A DNA stretch of 64,000 nucleotides from Octopus sinensis (lineage: Eukaryota). The stretch covers positions 3,100,001 to 3,164,000 of the forward strand of contig NC_042999.1 of NCBI RefSeq assembly GCF_006345805.1, written 5' to 3'. Shown here one piece after another: positions 38,415-50,571 of this stretch. The notes beneath the pieces are model-generated. The model did not search any database. It was not told where the DNA came from and saw only the letters and a program-made list of their open reading frames with translations. The position numbers and the translations under genes were made by a program. Position 1 is the stretch's first letter, and every line of letters starts with the position of its first letter.

Positions 38415-38905
38415 TGTGAGGGGCTGGCAAGCCAGAAGCCTGCACCAGGCTCCAGTCCGATCTGGCAAAGTTTCTACCGCTGGATGCCCTTCCTAACACC
38501 AACCACTCAGAGAGTGTAGTGGGTGCTTTTTATGTGCCACCAGCACAAGGGCTAGTCAGGTGGTACTGGCATCGACCATGCTTGAATGGTGCTTTTTACG
38601 TGCCATCAGCATGGGAGCCAGTCAGGTGGAACTTGCATCGACCAAGCTCAAATGGTGCTTGGTACATGCCACAGGTATGAGATCAGTGAGCTGACACTAG
38701 TATTGACCACACTTGAAAGGTGCTTTTTACATGCTACAGGTATGCGACCAGTCCACCAGTACTGGCATCAACCATGCTCGAATGGTTCTTTTTATGTGCC
38801 ACAGGTACAGGACCAGTCAGCCAGCACTGGCAACGACTAAGCTTGAATGGTGCTTCTTATGTGCCACATATATGGGAGCCAGTCAGGTGGCATTGGCAAC
38901 GACCA
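38415..38905 (-). mobile_element. RTE family C with ~7 tandem ~55-60-bp repeats
   Basis: Repeated ATGGTGCTTTT..GTGCCAC..CCAGTCAG units. Confidence 0.75.
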
Positions 38906-39335
38906 CACAGTGTCATTTATTTCCAATCTTCTTTGGAAACATGTCTGGTCATGGGATAATGTCCCCTTGCTTGCAGACAAGTAAAAGTTGGCAGCAGGAA
39001 GAGCATCCAGCCATAGAACATCTGTCTCAACAAATTCCATCTGAACCATGCAAGCACAGAAAACATTGATGCAATGATGATGATAAATATGATAATGAAT
39101 AATCAAAATGCATCCAACAATTTTAAGATACACAAATTTAATTGAATGTTGTTTATACTATAAAGCTAAGTTTCTCGTTAAGATAAAGCTAAAGGTTACA
39201 TAGGTTTAATCAGTGATTTGATGTTTGGTTAATAGATAATCTCTACTTAGTTTTAGAATGGAACAATTTGGTGTCAACCCATATTCACTCTCCAATATCT
39301 TCCCCCACAACATTCTCTCTCGGTCTTTCTCTCCA

Positions 39336-39372
<37 letters not shown>

Positions 39373-40349
39373 TTTAGTTCTTGGTTTCTTCGCATCACCT
39401 ATAAATGGTGTCAACTTGTTAAACTTCATGTTTACTTTTCCATAAATTCATCTGCGTAAAGGTAACAATGGAGACGTTAAAAATAACAAAAACCAAACAA
39501 GCGAAACAACCGTTTATAAAAGAAAATAAAGAGGATTGATTGAAAACAACACCACAAGACAATATTGGTTATTGATTGGAGTCAATGTTTGATATTGATT
39601 GCTGGCATAATCCCTGTGGTGATTCTACAGTGGTTCCGTTCGATAGTTAGTTGAAAAGATTCCTCACTGACAAAAGAGAATATTTTCTCTGACCTCTGGG
39701 GTGAAATAATATTGATAGAGTTATCACAAGTGAGGTATATTTTTCATTTAAGAATTGGAGTATCGTAATATAAAGTAAACAAGCTCAAACATGAAGTGTA
39801 TTGACAATATAAGAAAGATATGACAAATGATAATATAAATGGAAAAAAAGAGAGAGATTTTGACAAATGATTATTATAAACAGGAAAGAGATACGTGACA
39901 AATGGTTATTATAAACCAGAAGATGAAAGAGGTGAGAAAAGATGTGACCCGTATCACTGTAATGTAAGAAATATGTCCTGTTCTGGTACCTTTTTCCATG
40001 CTTTAACCTCTTGGCTTGTAGCATAAAACAGCCTCTCTCTCTCTTTCTATTGGAGCCGCATTCAATCAAACAAGATTGATACAAAGTTTAATATAAACCA
40101 GAAGGAAAAAAAGTGTGACAAGATTTCAAATTTTGGCAAGAGGCCAGCAATTTCATGTGAAGGGGTAAGTCGATTACACTGACATCCAATGCTCAACTGG
40201 TACTAATTTTATTTACCCCAAGAGGCTGAAAGACAAAGTCAACTGCAGAGGCATTTGAACTCAGAACATAAAGTCAAAAGAAATGCCACAAAACATTTTG
40301 TTTGGCATTATAACGATTCTGCAAGCTTGCTGCCTTGACAAAAGAGTAA

Positions 40350-40569
40350 CCCTTTTGTTACCATATTTCTGCTGAGATGCTCTGTGTTTTTTTCAATTAC
40401 TTTAAATATAACAAGGAATATAGTAAAATAACTTCATTATCATTAAGCTAGTGTTAGGAACATAAACTGGGACTAAGGTTTGGTGGAAGGTTTTAATTCA
40501 GAACTTATGAAAACAAGACATTTGTACTCAGAGCCAGAGCCGGTTTCAGCCGGGTTGGTAACAAAAGGG
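40350..40569 (-). mobile_element. piggyBac-type MITE, inverted relative to 267-482
   Basis: CCCTTTTGTTACCA ... TGGTAACAAAAGGG|TTAA. Confidence 0.85.
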
Positions 40570-40849
40570 TTAATATAAACTAGAAGAAGGAAGATGAGAC
40601 AGATTAATGAAATAATGAAAGATTAATATAAATTGGAAAATTTATATTTAATTAACCCTGAAAGGATGAAAGGCAAAGTCAACCTCGGCGGAATTTGAAC
40701 TCATAACATAAACAAAGATGAAATACCTATTTCTTTACTACCACAAGGAGCTAAACACAGAGAGGACAAACAAGGACAAACGGATTTCAGAACGAAATAC
40801 CTGTTTCTTACTACCCACAAGGGGCTAAACATAAAGATGCATGCTTTAT

Positions 40850-41262
40850 GTTGGTCCTGCCATAATTGGGCCTAATTTTAAGTCAGACAGTTTGGAAATC
40901 TTCACGTATGATGTATGGAGATTCTTTAAGCTATTATGGATTCCTTTAGACATATGAATTTCTGGTAGTTCATAAAAATTACTTGTTTATACCTCAAAAT
41001 TAATAAAGCGATCCAACTCCTTTTCTTTCAAAACACTTTAGAATTTGTTCATTTACCAATTTTATTGTTTGTTTATCTGCAAAGGTTTCAAATTAGTTTT
41101 TGTAGAAATGTTGGTCATTAATCTGTTCTAAAACCATTTCCCAGGAATGGTTTTTGTCCATGATTACAATGGCTCCTCTTTTGCCAGCTTCTTTAATGAC
41201 TGCAGAGGAATCTTCCAGTAAGCATTCCAATGCTTTTTACTCTTCAGACACATTAGTATTCC
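40850..41262 (-). pseudogene. Penelope-like RT N-terminal region relic
   Basis: NVSEE*KALECL..AVIKEAGKRGAIVIMDK..EQINDQHFYK, FYELPEIH and DLKLGPIMAGP correspond to the PLE ADKG, FYxLPKIHK and RPIV motifs. Confidence 0.8.
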
Positions 41263-41792
41263 TCTAAGTGTTTATTCCAATTCATTGAATGCTTAAATCT
41301 CATTTTTTTTTTTTACAACTAATGGATCTTTGTAATACTTTTTTTTTTGCAGAATTTCTGGATACAAAATTTTCCTACAAAATACCTGAGAATCTTTTTT
41401 AAGTTTTGGAGTTGGTATGGATATTTCAAATACTTTGTTTCATTTCTTTTATGATATCGTATTACAACAGGTTTATTACTTTTGGATCAGTTGGTTTGGC
41501 ATTTTCTTCATTCTTTGATTTATAAATGTTTGGTTCAGGATTTCTCCTCTCCCAAAAAAAACAGTTTGTTTTGTGAGTTATATATACCCCTCCTTTCTAT
41601 TGTATTTTTTGAGAGGGGGTGGTGGTCAAGTAGGGTTTCCACTTGTTGATTTTATTGTTGAATCACCTTTTTCCTGTATGTAGACTTGTTTTTAATAGAT
41701 TTTATACCATTTGCTTTTGTCTATTTTGATCTATTCTTCCTTATTGTTTGGAAGAGTTTTAAGGTAGTTGAGCTTGTTTTGGCATGAATTTA

Positions 41793-42178
41793 CTCTCTCT
41801 TTTACTCTTTTACTTGTTTTCAGTCATTTGACTGTGGCCATGCTGGAGCACCACCTTTAGTCGAGCAAACCGACTCCAGGACTTATTCTTTGTAAGCCTA
41901 ATACTTATTCTATCGGTCTCTTTTAGTAAACTACTAAGTTACGGGGACATAAACATACTAGCATCGGTTAGACACACAAACATATACACACATACATATA
42001 TATATACATATATACAATGGGCTTCTTTCAGTTTCTATCTACCAAATCCACTCTCAAGGCTTTGGTCAGCATGAGGCTGTAATAGAGGACACTTACCCAA
42101 GGTACCATGCAGTGGGACTGAACCAGGAACTATGTGGTTCGTTAGCAAGCTACTTACCACGCAGCCACTCCTACACCT
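41793..42178 (-). mobile_element. SINE family A
   Basis: Family motifs. Confidence 0.85.
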
Positions 42179-42343
42179 ATTTTTATGAATTTCTGTTCTT
42201 TTTTCTTTTTTTTTTCTGCATATGAGGGTTTATGGTTTCTCACCCTTCCAATATGTTTTTCTTGATCCAACTTTTAAGTTATTTCAGAAGGTTTGATGGT
42301 TATGGTTCCTGCTGTTCTGAAGTTGATTCTTAAGGTTTTTAGG

Positions 42344-42584
42344 CAGGGTGTTCAAAAAGTACCTCTGTGGTGAATTTTTTTCATCCTGTCGCTTCAAGAT
42401 GTATTTCAAAACACATGTAAAAGAGTCAACTTATGCATTGAAAATGAAGGACAACACTTTCAATACCTCTTGTAAAGTTTTTTAAAGCCTTGTAAAGTCT
42501 TATATATTCTTTTGTAGTCTTTATACCATCTTATAAATATTTGCAATAAAATACCTACTGCGGAGAGACTTTTTGAACACCCTG
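42344..42584 (+). mobile_element. Tc1/mariner-family deletion derivative (MITE)
   Basis: TIRs CAGGGTGTTCAAAAAGT / ACTTTTTGAACACCCTG|TA; internal CIENEGQHFQYLL* is a transposase C-terminus; a lone similar TIR occurs at ~25899. Confidence 0.8.
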
Positions 42585-42701
42585 TATTTTGTTTTTAAAA
42601 TTCCTCTACTGTCAGGATTCTTTGTCAGATTTCCCAATGCAGTGCCCTACAATGGTCGCAGTCTAATCACTAAAACAAGTAAAAGATAAACAATGTGCAC
42701 C

Positions 42702-42764
<63 letters not shown>

Positions 42765-43087
42765 TGTACGTGTATGTGTGTGTGTCTTTGTGTCTATGTT
42801 TGTCCCCACTATCTTGACAACAGGTATCAGTGTGTTTACATCTCTGTAACTTAGAGGTTCAGTAAAAGAGATTGATAAAATACCAGGGTTTAAAAGAAGA
42901 TACTTGGGTCAATCATTCAACTAAACTTCTTCAAGGCCGTGCTCCAGTATGGCCGCAGTCTAATGACTGAAACAAATACAAAGAATAAAATGAATGTGAC
43001 CACTGCTTGCACTGGTCAGCTGTTGAGCCTCGTGCAATACTTTTATGAACAAAATGCTGAAAACCAGCAACACATAGGAAGTAATAA

Positions 43088-43522
43088 TGTTTTCTACTCT
43101 AGGCACAAGGCCCGAATTTTTTAGGGAGGGGGCCAGTCGATTAGATCAACCCCAGTATGCAACTGGTACTTAAGTTATTGACCCTGAAAGAATGAAAGGC
43201 AAAGTCGACCTTGGTGGAATTTGAACTCAGAACATAAAGACAGACGAAATACTGCTAAGCATTTTGCCCAGGGTGCTAATGTTTCTGCCAGCTCACCGCC
43301 TTAAAATAAGGTTTTCTACTCTAGGCACAAGGCTCAAAATTTTGGGGGAGGGGTCCAGTCGATTCGATCGACCCCAGTACACAACTGGTACTTAAGTTAT
43401 CAACCCCAAAAGGATAAAAGACAAAGTCGACCTCAGTGGAATTTGAACTCAGAACGTAAAGACAGCTGAATACTACTACGCATTTTACCCGGCATGCCGT
43501 ATTTTTGCCAGCTTGCTGCCTT
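43088..43522 (-). mobile_element. two full SINE B short-tail copies head-to-tail
   Basis: TTTCTACTCTAGGCACAAGG at ~43090 and ~43313. Confidence 0.85.
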
Positions 43523-43839
43523 TAAGCTAGTAAGTAATAATGCTGTTAAAATATTTGTTTGATTTGTAGGTTAGCGTCTATGTAGAATATCGTGGCTGGG
43601 TGTGATTTAAAAGTGTTTGGAATAGAATGTATCAGAGAATAGAATAGACTAGAAAAGAATGTCCTACAATACAAGGAACTAGACATAGTTTCAAAGAACA
43701 ATAATTAATCTTGGAATATCAGCATCAATAATATATATGACTGTTGGAACTTAGCAAAATATCTAGGACATAATAATGAAGAATAAAAATTGATGCAAAC
43801 AGAAAGCGAATAGACAAACGATATAGATAAACTGTATAT

Positions 43840-43973
43840 TCATAAATATATATATGTATATACATACATGTGTATGTGTGTGTGTCTGTGTGTGTATGTA
43901 TTTGTGTATTATGTAAATATATGTATATGTGTATATATATATACATATATATATAAAAGTATGTGTCTGTATG

Positions 43974-44009
<36 letters not shown>

Positions 44010-44023
44010 TATGTGTCTGTATG

Positions 44024-44097
<74 letters not shown>

Positions 44098-44253
44098 GAT
44101 ATATATATATATATATACATATAGATATATGCATACATATATATATAAAAGTATGTGTCTGTATGTCACTATATATATATATATGTATATACATACATGT
44201 GTATGTGTGTGTGTCTGTGTGTGTGTGTATTTGTGTATTATGTAAATATATGT

Positions 44254-44288
<35 letters not shown>

Positions 44289-44613
44289 AAATTACGTGTC
44301 TGTATGTCAATATATATATTAGATATATATCATATAATTATATATAGCTATGCATGTGTATATATTCATTATAAACACATACATATATGAGTGTGAGAAC
44401 GTGTATTTATAACTATCCATATGTGTGTGTGTGTTCATATGTATACATAAGTAACATGAAAAGAAAAAAATCAAAACAGCAGAAAGACGTAATGGGAAAA
44501 TATTCCAGAGATAAAATGAGAATCATCTATATTCAATATTTCATGGTTTTGTTAGAAATAATATTCTCATTTCATACTCTCCTATTCTCTTACTTCTGCG
44601 AAAAGTAACAAAA

Positions 44614-44702
<89 letters not shown>

Positions 44703-44858
44703 GCACACACACACATAGATATATTAATATAGATATACATTTACATATGTACATGTATATATACATGTATATATATATATGTATATATATACATGTATAT
44801 ATATATATAATATATACATATAGATATATGCATACATATATATATATTACATATGTAC

Positions 44859-44889
<31 letters not shown>

Positions 44890-45078
44890 GATATATGCAT
44901 ATATATATATATATATGTATATATACATGTATATATATATATATATATAGATATATATATATATATATACATGTATATATATATATATATATACATATAG
45001 ATATATGCATATATATATATATATACATATGTACATATATATATATATATACATATAGATATATGCATATATATATAT

Positions 45079-45128
<50 letters not shown>

Positions 45129-45198
45129 TACATATGTACATATATATATAGATATATGCATATATATATATATACATATGTACATATATATATACATA

Positions 45199-45250
<52 letters not shown>

Positions 45251-45330
45251 ATATATCTATATATATATATATATATACATATATACATATATATACACAC
45301 AAACACACACACATATATACAGAGAGAGAG
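43840..45330. repeat. large (TA)n-based compound microsatellite blocks (~43840-44390, ~44617-45330)
   Basis: Seen directly; recurring submotifs AAAAGTATGTGTCTGTATGTCAC and CATATAGATATATGCAT. Confidence 0.9.
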
Positions 45331-45835
45331 AGGATGAAACTAAGACAGATTAAGGGAGAAGTAGTGGTGGTAGGCAAAGTGAGGTTGAACAGGGAAAAAA
45401 AAACCCATAAAAAATAGATGAAAATGAGTTATGTTTTTTATTAATGTGACAATATTGAGCAAGTTGTAGAAAGTTGTACGACTCTTGTCTGAAGTCCATC
45501 ATCTGTTGTACATTTAATATGCTCTGAAAAATAAATATTGGACAAGATTCTTCATTAGAACTATTCTGGTACCTCAGAACTCCAAGTCATATCCTCTCCA
45601 GGTTTCATTTTGTTTTTCATCCCTCTGGTGGTGGAGATTAAATTTACACCTGTAGCTTTTCTAGAATTGATTCTATCGACTGAAAACCTCTGTCTTGGAG
45701 AGAGAGATTTACATTCTTCTTGACCAAGATAAATGAAAAATGGGGATAAAAAAAGGGATGAAATGAAATTAAATCTCTGGATATTTAGGTATTTGCTTTG
45801 TTCTCTTCTTATTTTTATCATTTTAAACACATTCC

Positions 45836-45867
<32 letters not shown>

Positions 45868-46984
45868 ATACATTTTGCTTGTTTCAGTTATTAGGCTGTG
45901 CCCATGCTGGGGTACCACCTTGAGGAATTCTAATTTGATGAGTTAATCCCAGTATTTTTTGTCTTTTTCTTTTTTTGAGCCTGTTACTTATTCTATCGGT
46001 TTCTTATTCTGAACCACAAAGTTATGGGAACATACCAATAGATAGATCGTTAGCCACTGCACACATTTTTTTTCTCTCCTTGTTTCTTTCTGTGTTCCTT
46101 TCTGTGAAAGAGCATAGGCTCAAAACGTAAAAGACTTTTTCAATTCCTGAGCATTATACTAATACATCTGTTTGTTGTCTACACCGCCTGTCTTCGTCTT
46201 TTGTTTTTTTCGTGAATTCTCCCTATATACCAACACTGGTTGCCAAGCAGAGGTGGTGGGACAAACATAGACACAAAGACATGCACATGGATAGGTATAT
46301 ATATATGTGTGTGTGTGTGTGTGTGGTGTGTGTGTGTATTCTCTTATTCTTTTACTTGTTTTAGTCAACTGGCTGTGGCCATGCTGGAGCACTACCTTTT
46401 AGTTGAAGAAATCAATCCCTGCACTTATTCTTTGTAAGCCTGATGCTTATTCTATCAGTCTCTTCTACTGAACCGCTAAGTTACATATGAGTGAGTATAT
46501 ATATTTATACATACATATGCTTGAAACTAAAAAGTGCCAATGAATTTGAATCAAACCATTTTGATCCACACACACACACACATACACATATATATATAAA
46601 ATTAAATAATAAGGGTAGAAATTGATATTAATCAATTAAAACCAGTAGCTTAGCATATTTAAAAAAATTAAGATTAAAAATTGTGTTACCTACAAAGTTA
46701 AGAGGAATGACCACTAAAGTGGGCACCTAATATGCTAAACATAGACGTCAAATTGCCATTACCATGAAGAATGTGTTTTTCCCCAGCTGTAGAAACTCTG
46801 CTAGATCAGACTGGAGCCTGGCGCAGCGATCTGGTTCGCCAGTTCTCAGTCAAATTGTCCAACCCATGCTAGCATGGACAGCGGACATTAAACGATGATG
46901 ATGCATACCTTCCCTTCTTGGGACACAAAACTCTACTTGTGAAGACCTGTTGAGGCAAGTGAGGATCAGAATCGAAATCGATCA

Positions 46985-47350
46985 ATGGAAATTGCAGATG
47001 TGTTACCAGTGCCGGTGGCATGTAAGAGAACCTTCCGTTTCGCGACCGTTGCCAGCACCGCCCCGTTTCATGTCCATTGCCAGCCTCGCCTGGCCCTCGT
47101 GCCGGTGGCACATAAAAAGCACCATCCATTCGTGGCCGTTTGCCAGCTCTGTCTGGCACCTGTGCGGGTGGCACATAAAAAGCACCCACTACATTCATGG
47201 AGTGGTTGGCGTTAGGAAGGGCATCCAGCCATAGAAACACTGCCAGATTTGACTGGGCCTGATGAAGCCTTCTGGCTTCACAGACCCCTGTAGAACCGTC
47301 CAACCCATGCTAGCATGGAAAACGGACGCTAAACGACGATGATGATGATG
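46985..47350 (+). mobile_element. RTE-LINE 3' end (family C), young
   Basis: Inverted near-identical partner of 7686-8022. Confidence 0.85.
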
Positions 47351-48409
47351 AAATATACATGCGTGCACACACACACAAACTCACACACACACACACACAA
47401 GCATAACTAGCAGGCTCTAATTTTCTTTATAGATCAGAAAGCTCCTTCATAAGTTTTCTAGACAAGTATGCGGGCCAATGCTTGTATGAAAATATGTTTT
47501 TTGTCTTCCTTTCAATTATTTATTTATCTCCGACAGAAATCATATTTCAACTTGTTTTTCCTGTCGAATATCAAATTATTTCAAAATAAATATTACCTTG
47601 AATTTTCATTCTCTTTTATCACTTTCATCAATTTGCTTTCTAATGCAACTGATTAATACTTGCCGTTTGCTAATGAACAGCACCAACTCTATCTCAATTT
47701 ATTCAGCTCATTAATTTGACATTAACTTAATAACAGGCCTTCTGTATTTGATTCGATTATCTCATAAATTTACTGTAATCTACTCGTAGAATCTTGAGAT
47801 TAAAACTATGTATACCATTTATAAGAAGATAAATTAGTTATATAGAAGAAAGCAGGCACCGCAGACAACCTTGGCTCAACTGACAGCTCACTGTAACAAA
47901 GTCAGTTGAGGTTGAGGTTATCACAAAGGTCAGAGGTTATGGCGATAAAGCATAACACAAAGAGCTGATGTTTACACTAGAGTCTTTTGTGATATCAACT
48001 TAACTTGTTGTTGTTATTATTGTTTTGTTCCAGGTCAGTGCTGAACTAACAGATCTCTGATCAAACACAATCTAAATGTAACCATCTTGTCTTTTGGTGG
48101 GTACCGAGAACGGTAGTATCTCATATGTCTTTCCTTTTATTTTAAGACAGTTGGGTTTGTTTTGAAGGAGATTTGGCTGCTATGTCTAGCACACTGAACA
48201 ACCATACAGAGACTGTCTCACTGGCTTTGCTATTTATGGCTAATTGTGGTTAAGAAATTTGTTTCCAATCATGTGGTTTGGGGTTCAGTAACACTGCATG
48301 ACAGACTTGGTAAATGTCTACAATAGTCTCTGGCCAACCAAAGCCTTGTGAATGGATTTGGTAGATGGAAACTGAAAGAAGCCTATTGTATGTGTTTGTG
48401 TGTATCCTC

Positions 48410-49205
48410 AGATGTCTGTGTGGGCACGGAGGATCTCCTCAGTAAAACCAATATTTGCAACCACTCCAACGACCTCACAGGTTGTGTAGTGGGTAGTATG
48501 GATGTAATTTCTCTCTACCCATCTATAGACATAGATTTTGCTATGGAGAAATGCATTGAAATGATCTGTGAGAGTGAAGTAGAGTTCTGTGAAATGAACA
48601 TGAGGGAACTGGGCCTTCTCCTTAGACTAAGCTATGACAGTGACTACTTAGGCGAACATGACCTCAGTAGATTCTGCCCCACCAGGTGACAGAGGGGAAG
48701 GCCACCCACCATCACCTCAACAGTGAAGAGAAGCACCACAGAGTGCTGGAATGGCTGGACCGTACCCACCCAAGACCCTGAGAACAACAATCAGGTGAAA
48801 GGAATGATTGCACATGTAATAAGGGCTAGCGTAAGAACCAGCTAGAAGAATCACATAGTAAAGTTTAACAAGAAACTTTACATGCAGGTTCAGGGTGGAG
48901 CCATTGGTGTCAGTGTAGCTGGAGATGCAGCCGGCCTCTTCCTGACCTTGTGGGACAGAAAACTTAAGCAATCCTTAGCAGAACAGTCCACAACTCTTTT
49001 ACTTTACAGTAGGTATGTAGACGACATTAAGATCCTACTTAAGACCATCCCTAGTAACAGTAATGTAGAAACTGAGAGGAACATAATGGAAAACATCCAA
49101 GAGGTAGTGAACTCCATCCATCAAAGTATCAAGGTAACTAAAGATTACCCCACTGGACACCTCAACAATAGACTCCCTGTACTTGAGACTGAATTTTGGT
49201 TAGTC
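48410..49205 (+). pseudogene. Penelope-like reverse transcriptase core fragment (possibly Naiad-type)
   Basis: One frame: GSMDVISLYPSID ... LYMQVQGGAIGVSV ... YSRYVDD ... LPVLET, with in-frame TGA (48687-48689) and TAG (48843-48845). Confidence 0.88.
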
Positions 49206-50571
49206 TGAAATGGTGCTTTTTACATGACACCGGCATGGGTGCCTCAGGTGGCACTGGCATTGGCCATGCTCAAATGGTGTTTTTTACATGCCACAGGCAT
49301 GGGTGTCAGTCAGGCGACACTGGCATCGAGAGAAATGTAGAGGAGGGTAACAATTATGTCAATTCCAGCACTTGATTGGTACTTTATTTGACTGACCCTA
49401 GAAATGTGAGAGACTAAACTGACCTTGACAGGATTTGAACTCAGGACGAAATACCATGAAGCAATTCTCTGATGCTCTAACAATTCTGCCAATGGCAGTG
49501 GTAAGAGACTCTTGAGAACTGAACAGCAGAAAGTCTTCAGTGAAGAGCCCCTCCTCCACCTCAGGCAAGTGTTTCAGTCCTTAACTTCTTACGCACTAAG
49601 AGGACAAGGCTGCATCCTTTTTCTGGTGACCCTTTTTAGCCACTGGGATATCAGAGATTTGTGCATTTAAACCAACTGGAGATTTCTTCTCTGCTGACTC
49701 AGCATTCAAACCTAAACTTAAAAAAAGAAATAACGTTGGTTGTCATGGTAGCAATGATACATCAACGCTATCATGATGACTCACTCAGAGTCACTTCCCT
49801 TAGCATTAAAATACCAAAGTATTCACTTCAAATAGTATGGAGGTCGTTTTGGTTCCTCTTCAACCAGATCCAAATAATGGTTTTAAATGTTTGTTCAGTA
49901 TGCTAATGATTCTGCCAGCATGACACTTCATAGGGATGAGCTAGCAGAATCATGATAATGGCTTCAAATTTTTGTGGAGAGAGGGCGTTAGTTAATACCA
50001 TTAATCCCAGTACTTGAGTGATATTATGTTCTATTGACCCCGTGGGGATGAAAGGCAAAGTCCACCTTGACTATATTTGAACTCAGAATGTAAAGGAAAG
50101 GAAGAACTGCTGCTAAGCTCTTTGTCTAATGTGAAAAGCATTTCCCTCCAGTGGAATATAATTATGGGAAACTCATGCAAGTAGCAACAGAACGTGAACT
50201 AATCAAAAACACTATTTTTTAATCTTCAAGGAAAAGGGGAAAAAAATATCCTACAGGGACTAAAGTAAAGAATAGATCTGATGAAAATGGAAAGGAAAAA
50301 GAAAAACCCATAATAAATAAACAAATAAATAATGGAATTACATAATGGCTCGATAAGATCCTGGCAATGAAGAGAAAAAATATTCTTTGTAAGACTGAGC
50401 AAAAATGAAAACCAATAGAAAAGTAAAAACACAACAACTGGTTGATAACACAACAAAAAGAAAAACTAAAGTTTACCAAAATATATAATGAAACAGGATA
50501 TAAAAAATAACGACAGAATATGTGGAGGCTGGGCAAGAATAATCAATTACTTGTGGAGGAGCATGTCCTGT

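Noticed and set aside
38525-38905. Repeat-spacer arrays as CRISPR
   Set aside because: Eukaryotic context, spacers are homologous to one another, no cas genes; part of RTE 3' UTRs.
39378-39734. Unique segment between a (CT)n-TTTTAG acceptor-like site and GAG|GTATAT
   Set aside because: No sustained ORF; could be a non-coding exon but cannot be supported from sequence alone.
44590-45417. Long YI/CV/HT-repeat ORFs here and at 14, 20.6, 60.5 and 62 kb
   Set aside because: Dinucleotide microsatellites lack stop codons; not genes.
47255-47290. CTGATGA-AGCC-TTCT-GGCT in the RTE 3' UTR as a hammerhead
   Set aside because: No GAAA after the stem (TCACAG instead), and other copies read CTGGTGCAGCC.
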